Source of the DNA: a virus
Length of the DNA stretch: 64,000 nt
Direction: 5' to 3' (one strand)
Virus record (IMG/VR): IMGVR_UViG_3300045988_145476
Positions within the stretch are counted from its first letter, which is position 1. The number at the start of each line of letters is the position of its first letter. The position numbers were made by a program, and so were the translations under genes. The notes beneath the pieces are model-generated. The model was not told where the DNA came from. It made no database searches and saw nothing but the letters and a program-made list of their open reading frames with translations. This document shows positions 50,716-58,528 of the stretch, piece by piece.

Positions 50716-51168
50716 ATGGTAACTATTCAAGAAGAAACAGCAGTTAAAATGCGCAGCTTGCTTGCGTCTTTGACAGTGTTTTATCAAAAGACCCATGTAT
50801 ATCACTGGGATTTGGTCGGTAGAAGTTTCAATCAGCTCCATGCGTTCTTCGAGGAACTCTATAATGAGGCGGTGAAAAATACCGATGCAGTCGCAGAACG
50901 TTTACGACAGGCAAATATACGTACTAACCTATCGTTGACGGAAGCGGTAAGACTTTCCGGAGTAGAAGATGACGTATCTGCCGAGAGTGACGAGGAAATG
51001 GTAACTGATTTGATACGTTCTCTGGCAATATTAACTGCCTTGCAAACGGAAATATTCATGGAAGCCAATGATGCAAACGATTATGTAACGGCTGACCTAA
51101 TGACCCAGCTAACCAAACAGGCCGATTTCAATAGTTGGTTCTTGACCTCTTGGAAAGAAAACAGATAG
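50716..51168 (+). CDS. dps: Dps-family (ferritin-like) DNA-protection protein
   Basis: LLASLTVFYQKTHVYHWDLVGRSFNQLHAFFEELYNEAVKNTDAVAERL matches the Dps helix A/B ferroxidase region (HW...H..FEE). Confidence 0.8.
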   Translation: MVTIQEETAVKMRSLLASLTVFYQKTHVYHWDLVGRSFNQLHAFFEELYNEAVKNTDAVAERLRQANIRTNLSLTEAVRLSGVEDDVSAESDEEMVTDLIRSLAILTALQTEIFMEANDANDYVTADLMTQLTKQADFNSWFLTSWKENR

Positions 51169-51336
51169 TGAAAAAACAGTTTTTGTGTGTTAGTTTAATT
51201 CATTCAGTTAAGAATAGCGGTTCCCGTAGGTTATTTAGTAATGTTTCGTTTCGTATTAGTAGTAAATTGAAATGCACAGGATTTGCGTCCTTATAGACCA
51301 AGCGAGGTCGAACTATTGGAATTAGTTATTCGGTAA

Positions 51337-51367
51337 AGAGAGTGGCTTGTGAAAGTCGCTCTTTTTT
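51337..51367 (+). terminator. rho-independent terminator 170 nt downstream of dps
   Basis: AGAGAGTGGC / GTCGCTCT(TT) stem (two G-U pairs), 8-nt loop, T6 run 51362-51367. Confidence 0.55.
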
Positions 51368-52152
51368 CTGCCTTGTCAGAACGAAAAACGGGTAAATTTA
51401 TCTCTGAAACTAAGACAACCTCATTTTTCTATTTTAAAAAGACCAATTTTTACCCTCTTCCAACAGATACTATCCACATGCAGGAAAAATTTCCTTTTTT
51501 GCAGGGAAAATCTTCCCTTTTCCATAGAAATAACATAACTGCCTAACTAAGCTAACCAATAGAAAGTGTAGGGTAAACCGTACTTCTTTAAGTAATTACG
51601 TATGAACGCTCCCAAAAGAAAACAGATTCGCGGCTGAATGTTTTCTGTACTCTATAATACTTAATACTATATAATACTACATAAAAGATATATGTGGTGG
51701 GTTTCTCTCAAATTACGTAAACTCATGTGGTGGGTAATGGGTAGATAGGTAGAAAAGAAAGGTTATTGTAGATACCGATAGAAAATGGCCCTACGCATAC
51801 GTGTAGACGTGGTTGTGGGCTTATTCTAATTAGCTATTTACGGCAATAAGCATTATTTTCCATGCGTAATTAGCGTTATTTACTGCGTGTAATTAGCTAT
51901 TTTCTCTCTGTACGAGCGTTTATTTTAATTAGAAACGCAGTTATTTTAATTAGAAATACGCTTATTCTAACTGGAAATAGGTTTATTTTTCTGTGCAAAT
52001 AAGCTATTTTAGGCGAAATTTCCATAGATGTTTACAAAAACGCCTATTTTTTAATTTAAGCCGATATTGATTATCAGATAGTTAGCAAAAAATCTCCTAT
52101 GAAAGTATAAAAAACGCAGATTTAGAAATATTTTTACTTTCTAATTAGATTT

Positions 52153-52170
52153 TGGTTATTGCAATAACCA
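52153..52170. repeat. 18-bp perfect palindrome TGGTTATTGCAATAACCA
   Basis: Read directly. The GGTTAT half-site recurs at 53024-53044 and in the spacers of the duplicated promoters at 53120 and 55675. Confidence 0.9.
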
Positions 52171-53119
52171 CAACTACGTATGTAGATAACCAGTTACGCA
52201 GTAGAATTGGTGGTTTATTATGTGTAATTAGTATATAGCTGTATGTAACTATATGTAATTACCGCAGATTTATTATATAACTACCGGATTAATTGTTCCT
52301 GCGTGTTATTTTTCCGTATTAATTAAGTAGGAAATATATTATATAGAGTAATTGGGAGTTATTTTATTTATCGTACGGCGAAAAATTTAATTTTTGGCGG
52401 GATAATTTCTAATTAGCGTATTATAATAAGTAATTAATCACCGTAATAAGGAAAGATTTTATTCTCCGTGCGGATTATTCGTATTATCTACGGGAATATT
52501 ATATGAATTTCTAACTGGAAACCTTTTTACGGCGGAAAATTAAGTAGTAATTATATTAGTTAGCGTATAAAGCGAAAAACAATTCGGCGAATTTTTAATT
52601 TACGGCGGGATAATAGTACGTAGCGTAGACAGGATTTCAGTTCACGGAGCTGAATTTACTGGCAGGGGGGTACCCTTAAATGGAATGCGGCGCACGGTCG
52701 GCTTGGGGTAGTACGGTTAGGTAAGAAAGGAGTGGTGGAAAGTCGGACAATAATTAGTGTATATATGATAACTTCGGAAGTTTGTGTATGTGTGGTAACT
52801 TTGGTGGATACGGGTGGTGTGCGTGTGAAAATCGGTGGTAACGGGTGAAAAACGGGTGATTTGGAAATGTACTTGAAAATACAGGGTGCGGTTGACGTTT
52901 GGTGTGGAAATAAATTGCCGGAAGTTTGGAGTTCTCACTAAATATTAGTATATTAATATATAATTACTTGTATATAGTACTATGAAAGATATAGTGTCCG
53001 GATGTTTGGGATGCTTATCGGTCGGTTATGGTTATTGTAATAACTGGTAGTCGGTACGGTGGTATTTCCGTTAAATAATGTTATTATATAAACAATAACC
53101 AAATATTTTACCGGATATG

Positions 53120-53151
53120 TTTGGTTATCTTATATAAAGTAACTATATTTG
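53120..53151 (+). promoter_or_regulatory. predicted Bacteroidota-type promoter (copy 1 of a 36-nt identical duplicate)
   Basis: TTTG 53120-53123, 20-nt spacer, TATATTTG 53144-53151. 53118-53153 is identical to 55673-55708. Confidence 0.6.
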
Positions 53152-53216
53152 TAATGTGAAAAACGAAACGCACCTATCGGTATATTGCTGACGGGTAACC
53201 AGAAAATCCTACGACA

Positions 53217-53408
53217 ATGAAAACGAAAGAAATCAAGAAGCAACTCGAAATGATGTACAATTTCTATGAAGCGGATGCGCAGCTCTGTGCGATGGCTGAC
53301 ATGAACTACAATTGGGGAATGCATATCGAACAGGGGTACCAAATAATCTCTGAGCGATTAGGAGTCAGTGTTGACGAAGTAAGAAGCGTTGACGAATGTT
53401 GTGAATAA
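53217..53408 (+). CDS. hypothetical small protein
   Basis: 63-aa ORF, the first gene after the ORF-free region. Confidence 0.45.
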   Translation: MKTKEIKKQLEMMYNFYEADAQLCAMADMNYNWGMHIEQGYQIISERLGVSVDEVRSVDECCE

Positions 53409-53422
53409 AAAGCATAAGGACT

Positions 53423-53965
53423 ATGGAACGAAACGAATTAATCATGGAGATACACAAATGTTCTCCGATGTATCCAGTTAAGAAGTTGCAGCAGATGAAT
53501 GACGACACGCTGGCTAATCTCTACAAGTGGACGTGCAAACCTGCGAAAGTGGTAAAGGACGACCGTCTTTATTCCCAATCGGGAGACGTGGTGAAAGTAA
53601 AGGAAACGTATGAGGAGAAATGCGGTGAGTTGCTTGACCCGTACGACCCGGATTATCTGAGCACGTCCCCTACGAAGGACGACCCTATCTCCCCTTATGA
53701 GAAACGGTTCCTGCATAAGGTGTCTATCTTGCAGAACAAGTTGCGCAGGGAAGGCGTTTCCGCTGACTGGGACGAGTACCGCCAGTGTTTCCGTGTCGCA
53801 AGGTACATAAGTTCGTACCCGACTTATCGGTATGTGCGGGTGAACTTGGACGAGAACGACTATTCGTTCGGTGACGAAAAGGACGATTTCTTTTGGGACG
53901 GTAAAGTATCTGCCGTGGTTGCGGAAGTGAAAAAATGGGTGAACGCCAAACTTATCAAAAAATAA
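53423..53965 (+). CDS. hypothetical protein
   Basis: 180-aa ORF. No motif recognised. The antisense ORF 53438..54109 is judged spurious. Confidence 0.5.
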   Translation: MERNELIMEIHKCSPMYPVKKLQQMNDDTLANLYKWTCKPAKVVKDDRLYSQSGDVVKVKETYEEKCGELLDPYDPDYLSTSPTKDDPISPYEKRFLHKVSILQNKLRREGVSADWDEYRQCFRVARYISSYPTYRYVRVNLDENDYSFGDEKDDFFWDGKVSAVVAEVKKWVNAKLIKK

Positions 53966-53971
53966 AACGCT

Positions 53972-54169
53972 ATGAAAAGGATATGTGATTTTATACACGG
54001 ACGGTTCGGACGCAAAGTTTTGAAACCGGGTTACAGGGAAATATGGGTTCGCACGATGTATTGCCTGCTGCTCGTAATCGGAGTACTGGCTATGGCGGTG
54101 GTCGTGCAAGTGTGGAGCTGGCTGGTCGGTTTCCTTAATGCGATGGCTTGGGGGACTACGGTATGGTGA
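53972..54169 (+). CDS. small membrane protein
   Basis: Hydrophobic segment MYCLLLVIGVLAMAVVVQVWSWLVGFL. Confidence 0.4.
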   Translation: MKRICDFIHGRFGRKVLKPGYREIWVRTMYCLLLVIGVLAMAVVVQVWSWLVGFLNAMAWGTTVW

Positions 54170-54927
54170 CTATCGGTATATTCGGCAGGGAGTACAGGTT
54201 TTGTCGCAGTGTGAAGGCCTCTTACAGTGACCGGCATAATCGTGCGGTGAAACTTGCGGAAAGGTTCGAGAGCCTGTCCGAGAAGTTTGACGGTATGTTC
54301 AGTAGGGGCGGTTGCGGTGAGACGCTCAATTCCCGTCTGGCGCTTGCCTGCAAGATGATGATGTACACCGGCATCCGTATCGGTAACGAGGGAAGTGCCG
54401 AGGGGTATATGACTAAACCGCACCCCAATTCCAAGGAACAGCCCCAGTTCGTGCAGACGTACGGCCTTACCACGCTTCTTCCCCAGCACATGAGTATCAG
54501 ACGTGGGAAAGTGTACCTTAACTTTCTTGGTAAGAGACGTGTGGACAACAGCTTTGTACTTGACGGTAAACTCGCAGGACAGGTTAGGGACATGTCCGGG
54601 TATATCTCCGAGGGGGAAACCCTTTTCGAGATTACTTCCTACGAACTTACCAAGTTCATAAAGAAGTATGTGGGCAGACAGTTTACCCCGAAGGACTTCC
54701 GTACCATGAGGGCTAATATGTACGCATGGGAAAAGTTCGAGGAGATATGCGAAAGGGAGCTGCCCAGTACCAAGACCGAGTATAACGGAGAGGTTAAGGA
54801 AATCGCCACTTATGTCAGCGAGAAACTCAACAATACTCCGGGTGTATGTAAGAAAAGCTATATTGATGAACTGCTTTGGGACGAGTTCAGTGACGCCCGT
54901 CCCGTAACTAAAAGGAATAAAAAATGA
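54163..54927 (+). CDS. type IB DNA topoisomerase (poxvirus/bacterial TopIB-like)
   Basis: TGIRIGNEG, GLTTLLPQHMSI, VYLNFLGKRRVDNSFVL, FTPKDFRTMRAN and LNNTPGVCKKSYID align with the vaccinia/bacterial TopIB R-K-R-(H/N)-Y catalytic blocks. Confidence 0.75.
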   Translation: MVTIGIFGREYRFCRSVKASYSDRHNRAVKLAERFESLSEKFDGMFSRGGCGETLNSRLALACKMMMYTGIRIGNEGSAEGYMTKPHPNSKEQPQFVQTYGLTTLLPQHMSIRRGKVYLNFLGKRRVDNSFVLDGKLAGQVRDMSGYISEGETLFEITSYELTKFIKKYVGRQFTPKDFRTMRANMYAWEKFEEICERELPSTKTEYNGEVKEIATYVSEKLNNTPGVCKKSYIDELLWDEFSDARPVTKRNKK

Positions 54928-55244
54928 ATAAACAAGAAGCTATCCAATGGATGTTGCGTGGCGCAAGGCTCACGCACAAGTATTTCTCCTCTGACGAATG
55001 GGTTACTATCGGTGAGGACGGTCTTATCGAACTCGAAGACGGGGTGAGGTGTACCCCCGCTGAATTTTGGTCGTGCCGCAGTGGAGAATGTTTTGAGACG
55101 GGGTGGGATTTTGTAAGCTCCCCCGATGTATATACGTGTATTGCCGCAAGGGAGTTCAACTGTGCGGTTGAGGATGTTTCCCCTCTTGAGCGGGCATGTA
55201 TGAAAAGCAAATATTTCGTTTTTATGTATAATTCTAAAAGATAA
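54924..55244 (+). CDS. hypothetical protein
   Basis: 106-aa ORF with ATGA overlap. Only a vague resemblance to the DUF2829 N-terminus (EAIQWMLRGARLTHKYFSSDEW). Confidence 0.45.
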   Translation: MNKQEAIQWMLRGARLTHKYFSSDEWVTIGEDGLIELEDGVRCTPAEFWSCRSGECFETGWDFVSSPDVYTCIAAREFNCAVEDVSPLERACMKSKYFVFMYNSKR

Positions 55245-55249
55245 ATGTT

Positions 55250-55603
55250 ATGGGTATTCATTTAAGTAAAAAACACGGGGTAAACCCAAGTATAGAAATT
55301 TGTGCCGTTTGCGGTAAGGGAATTGGAGTTGCATTACTCGGTAGGTTAAAGAATGATGCAGAGGCTCCCGGAGAAGTGTGCCTTGGAAATCTTTGTGACA
55401 CTTGTCAGGGTGTAGTTGATGCCGGCGGTACCCTTATCATAGAGACTGTTGACGGTGAACCATGCAGTAAGAACCCTACCCGTACGGGGCGTATCGTTGG
55501 TATCACGCACGAAGCCGCTGAAAGGCTCTTCCATAGTCACGCACCCGTTGCCTATATGGTACATACCGACTTTACAAATATATTCGGAGAATCATTCAAT
55601 TAG
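55250..55603 (+). CDS. Cys-motif protein (hypothetical)
   Basis: CAVCGKG...CLGNLCDTC pattern. 117 aa. Confidence 0.45.
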   Translation: MGIHLSKKHGVNPSIEICAVCGKGIGVALLGRLKNDAEAPGEVCLGNLCDTCQGVVDAGGTLIIETVDGEPCSKNPTRTGRIVGITHEAAERLFHSHAPVAYMVHTDFTNIFGESFN

Positions 55604-55674
55604 TCGGTATCACTCTGATATAACAGTACTTATTCGGTTATTCCTTATGCGTTAACTATTATTAATACTCTTTG

Positions 55675-55706
55675 TTTGGTTATCTTATATAAAGTAACTA
55701 TATTTG
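55675..55706 (+). promoter_or_regulatory. predicted Bacteroidota-type promoter (copy 2 of the 36-nt duplicate)
   Basis: TTTG 55675-55678, 20-nt spacer, TATATTTG 55699-55706. Confidence 0.6.
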
Positions 55707-55737
55707 TACATGAATTAAAACTAACAGTTGAGGATAT

Positions 55738-56406
55738 ATGAAGACTAACAGACAACAAGCGAAAGATATCATGGCACGTATCCATGAATTATTGCAGCCC
55801 CTCGCATCGGAGTTTAACATGAACGCATACGTGGACAGTGCAACGTTTTCCAGCGAGGGAACCTCTTTGAACTCACTTACTTGTAAGTTGCGGATAGTTC
55901 CTTTGGAAGGCGGAACGAAAGTAAGTTTTGAAAAAGCTCCCTCTGGCAAGTACCCCGTTGGCACTGTATGGTATTCGTCCAGTAAGGACATGTATTACAA
56001 AGTTCTCGAATGTGTTCTGAAACGGAAGTATTCCTATTCTGTTATGGCTTACGATGGTAAGAACGTTGTCAGCAGAACGACAGGAACCTTTCTTGATTCT
56101 TGCACGCAGGTAACTATTCCGACATTTGCGGATTTCCGACTTTACCTTACGATGGCTTATGACGACGACAGGCTTACTTCCCAACAGCTTACTATTTGGG
56201 ATTCCGTTGATAATACGTACGCTTTTATCTTTCGTGAAAACGAGGAACTGGCTCAGAAAGTGCTTGATTTGGTTGACAAACTTTCCGAAGCCACCCGAAA
56301 GGCTAACGTCAAGAGTATCTACGATACGCTGTTCATTAAGAAATCAACCACCGCTCTAAATGATACTTATTTATTACTCAAAAAATTGTATAAAGATGGA
56401 AAGTAA
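55738..56406 (+). CDS. hypothetical protein
   Basis: 222-aa ORF. No motif recognised. Confidence 0.5.
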   Translation: MKTNRQQAKDIMARIHELLQPLASEFNMNAYVDSATFSSEGTSLNSLTCKLRIVPLEGGTKVSFEKAPSGKYPVGTVWYSSSKDMYYKVLECVLKRKYSYSVMAYDGKNVVSRTTGTFLDSCTQVTIPTFADFRLYLTMAYDDDRLTSQQLTIWDSVDNTYAFIFRENEELAQKVLDLVDKLSEATRKANVKSIYDTLFIKKSTTALNDTYLLLKKLYKDGK

Positions 56407-56728
56407 AAGAAACACTTCTGAGGTTAAAACCTTAATTCGTATCGGTTTTGAGAAACCGTCCTATTTTAAACGAAGCGTCTGGGTAAAAGTTGAACGGATA
56501 ATGACGTTCCTGCAACACAGAGGCGAGGTTTATGAAAACAACGGCGAATGTAAATTCATCCCCCGTAACGGTAACTATACCGAACATGATTTGGAACGTT
56601 GGGCTAACATGTGGTTGGACTCTCCTTTTGAAGACCACCTTGACGAACTCCGCAGATTGTCAGCGGAAACGGGACTCCCGTTAAATGACAAGCGTTTATT
56701 GAACAAATATTATAACTGTAAAAACTAA
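56396..56728 (+). CDS. hypothetical protein
   Basis: ATG 56396 within track ORF 56360..56728. Confidence 0.45.
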   Translation: MESKRNTSEVKTLIRIGFEKPSYFKRSVWVKVERIMTFLQHRGEVYENNGECKFIPRNGNYTEHDLERWANMWLDSPFEDHLDELRRLSAETGLPLNDKRLLNKYYNCKN

Positions 56729-56733
56729 AGATT

Positions 56734-58197
56734 ATGGAAGCAAAAAAATTCGTATCAACAATCAAAGGTTATAGAACTCGTTTTACAAATAAGCCTAATG
56801 CCGAACTTGAGAAGAAACAAATCGAAGGAACTATTGAGAACTTCGGTGGTAAGATAACCGCATTTACCGAATTGAAAAAAGCCGATGCCGAATTGCTGGC
56901 ATACGTTAAGGGAGTTCTTGGTATGGTTAAGGTTGCACCCGTTGAAAATGCTGAGAAACCAGTTGAAAAAGCTGCACCTAAAAAGTCCTCTAAGAAGCAG
57001 GCTCCTGTTGAAGCCGACAGTGAGGAAGAAACGCTCGCTTCCTCTACAAGCGGAAGTCTGTACGAAATAGATACCGTTAAGAAAACATGCAAACGTATCT
57101 TTAAGGATTTGAAACAGATTGACATTGACGCTATCGAAGTTACGGAAATGCCAATGACTACCTATCACAGATATTTGCTTGATACATTCCCCGGCGAAGG
57201 AGCCAAACTGAACAAAAAAGGACAACTTACTTTTCGTGGCTACCGCATACAGTGTACTATTGAGAACGGTTTCACTATTGAGGACATTAAAACACGTGCA
57301 TTGGTGGCTACACCTTTCGAGGGCATCCCTACTCCGAGAGAATTGGGAGACTTTTTCAAACGACCCGTTGTTGAACATACACCCGAAGAACTTCAAGAGG
57401 CTGTAAAACGTGGTAAGGAACTGATGGAGAAATCCGAAAAAGAACATAAGGAAGAAGCTCCTATTGATTTTGAACTTCTGAGAAAGAAAGTTATCGGTAA
57501 AATCATAGCTATTCGTAACAAGAAGGTTTCCGATTTCGACCCAGAAACTTTCCCCGAAATGATACCGTTCAGACGTTGGAAAATCAATGCCCGTATGCTT
57601 CTTAATAAGTGGAAAGAACGTAAGATGCGTTATCCTAAATTCTTGGATGAACTTGAAAAACTTACTCGTGAAGAAACCTTTGAAACGAAAAAACAAAAGG
57701 CTCCCAAGTTTGTTGGAACTTTACTTCCCGAATACACATCGGTAGGTGAACTCAAAGGCGATACGATAATCGTTGACGGTAAGAGCGTTCCCGCTTCTCC
57801 GTTTATACGGGATGTTCTTCTCCACTTTGAACCGGCAGTGATGCCGCAACTTATGCGATATGCTACGGGAGCTATTGACAGGATACAACTTCTTACCTCT
57901 CCGATTGAGAAGCATCCCGAAATAGAATATAATTCAAAGGTCTGTGAACATGTATCAGCGGAATTATTAACTTTGCTGTGTACGAGCGTCGGTATTGTTC
58001 CCCCGCAAGATTTACTCTATGACAGCGGTCTGGAAGTTGACGACAGAGTTCTGTTCCATGACGGTGATGAATGGGTGGTTAAGAAAGTTACCGAAATCTC
58101 GGATGCGGTTTATCTCGGCAAGGACTTTGCTTTACTCAAAACGGATAAGTGGTTAAAACTTGAAGAAGGTGAAAAATCGAAGAAACAAAAGAAGTAA
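56734..58197 (+). CDS. hypothetical Lys/Glu-rich protein
   Basis: 487-aa ORF. No motif recognised. The antisense ORF 56755..57696 is judged spurious. Confidence 0.55.
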   Translation: MEAKKFVSTIKGYRTRFTNKPNAELEKKQIEGTIENFGGKITAFTELKKADAELLAYVKGVLGMVKVAPVENAEKPVEKAAPKKSSKKQAPVEADSEEETLASSTSGSLYEIDTVKKTCKRIFKDLKQIDIDAIEVTEMPMTTYHRYLLDTFPGEGAKLNKKGQLTFRGYRIQCTIENGFTIEDIKTRALVATPFEGIPTPRELGDFFKRPVVEHTPEELQEAVKRGKELMEKSEKEHKEEAPIDFELLRKKVIGKIIAIRNKKVSDFDPETFPEMIPFRRWKINARMLLNKWKERKMRYPKFLDELEKLTREETFETKKQKAPKFVGTLLPEYTSVGELKGDTIIVDGKSVPASPFIRDVLLHFEPAVMPQLMRYATGAIDRIQLLTSPIEKHPEIEYNSKVCEHVSAELLTLLCTSVGIVPPQDLLYDSGLEVDDRVLFHDGDEWVVKKVTEISDAVYLGKDFALLKTDKWLKLEEGEKSKKQKK

Positions 58198-58237
58198 CAA
58201 TACATTGTTGGGAGCTTTACGGCTCCCGCAATCTGTT

Positions 58238-58528
58238 ATGCAGTTACGAGGTGACTTGGCAGTTCTCTCAAAGGATGCGTTTATGGATGTACATGAATGT
58301 TCCGAACAGGATTACTGGAAATACTTCGACCAGTTCGGGCCTTCCGAATTGCTGGCGTTTATTCATAGCTTGATTACAGACCTTATGATAGGACGTATTC
58401 GTTGTGAGCCTGCCGAACTTATACCTTTTATTATACACAACTATTTAAAAAGATACATTGAATTAACTTTTATAAAAGACGGATATGAAACGACTAACTT
58501 TTACCTTAGCGATTTTGATGTTTGCTAA
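58238..58528 (+). CDS. hypothetical protein
   Basis: ATG 58238 within track ORF 58160..58528, downstream of a GGGAGC/GCTCCC hairpin (58210-58227). Confidence 0.4.
   Translation: MQLRGDLAVLSKDAFMDVHECSEQDYWKYFDQFGPSELLAFIHSLITDLMIGRIRCEPAELIPFIIHNYLKRYIELTFIKDGYETTNFYLSDFDVC

Larger units (their letters stand above)
51169..53216. repeat. 2,048-nt ORF-free, repeat-dense intergenic region (iteron-like; candidate ori, packaging or regulatory hub)
   Basis: No credible ORF. Nine exact TAATTAG copies, several short direct repeats, an 18-bp perfect palindrome and a G-rich/C-poor block. Details are in the findings. Confidence 0.8.

Noticed and set aside
51827-52757. Possible CRISPR array, given many short repeats in an ORF-free region.
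   Set aside because: The repeat units are only 7-15 nt and degenerate beyond the TAATTAG core. They have irregular spacing (20-300 nt) and no constant-length repeat/spacer periodicity. No cas genes are nearby.
51169-53216. tRNA or other canonical RNA genes in the ORF-free region.
   Set aside because: I scanned by eye for T-loop (GGTTCGAAT-like) and acceptor-stem pairings and for cloverleaf-compatible segments (e.g. around GAGGTCGAACTATTGG at ~51304-51319) and found no consistent fold. A covariance-model scan (tRNAscan-SE or Rfam) is still needed. A novel ncRNA cannot be excluded.
53438-54489. Long minus-strand ORFs 53438..54109 (223 aa) and 54031..54489 (152 aa).
   Set aside because: They are antisense to + strand genes with better support, including the TopIB gene with clear catalytic motifs. 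Their translations are Arg/His/Val-rich low-complexity with no motifs. Every neighbouring gene is on the + strand. They are judged to be shadow ORFs.
54924-55244. Second Tad2/DUF2829-like protein.
   Set aside because: Only a vague N-terminal resemblance (EAIQWMLRGARLTHKYFSSDEW). It lacks the GWNGKG and AEDWEIV hallmarks present in 38482..39198. This is too weak to call without a profile search.
56755-57696. 313-aa minus-strand ORF, plus similar antisense ORFs at 60522..61106, 10147..10635, 13873..14451, 26228..26782, 43302..43745 and 44559..45164.
   Set aside because: Each lies fully inside a + strand ORF that is longer or has recognisable motifs (DNA polymerase, primase, Lys-rich paralogues). 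Their compositions (Phe/Ser/Leu-rich) are typical of the reverse complement of Lys/Glu-rich or AT-rich coding sequence.
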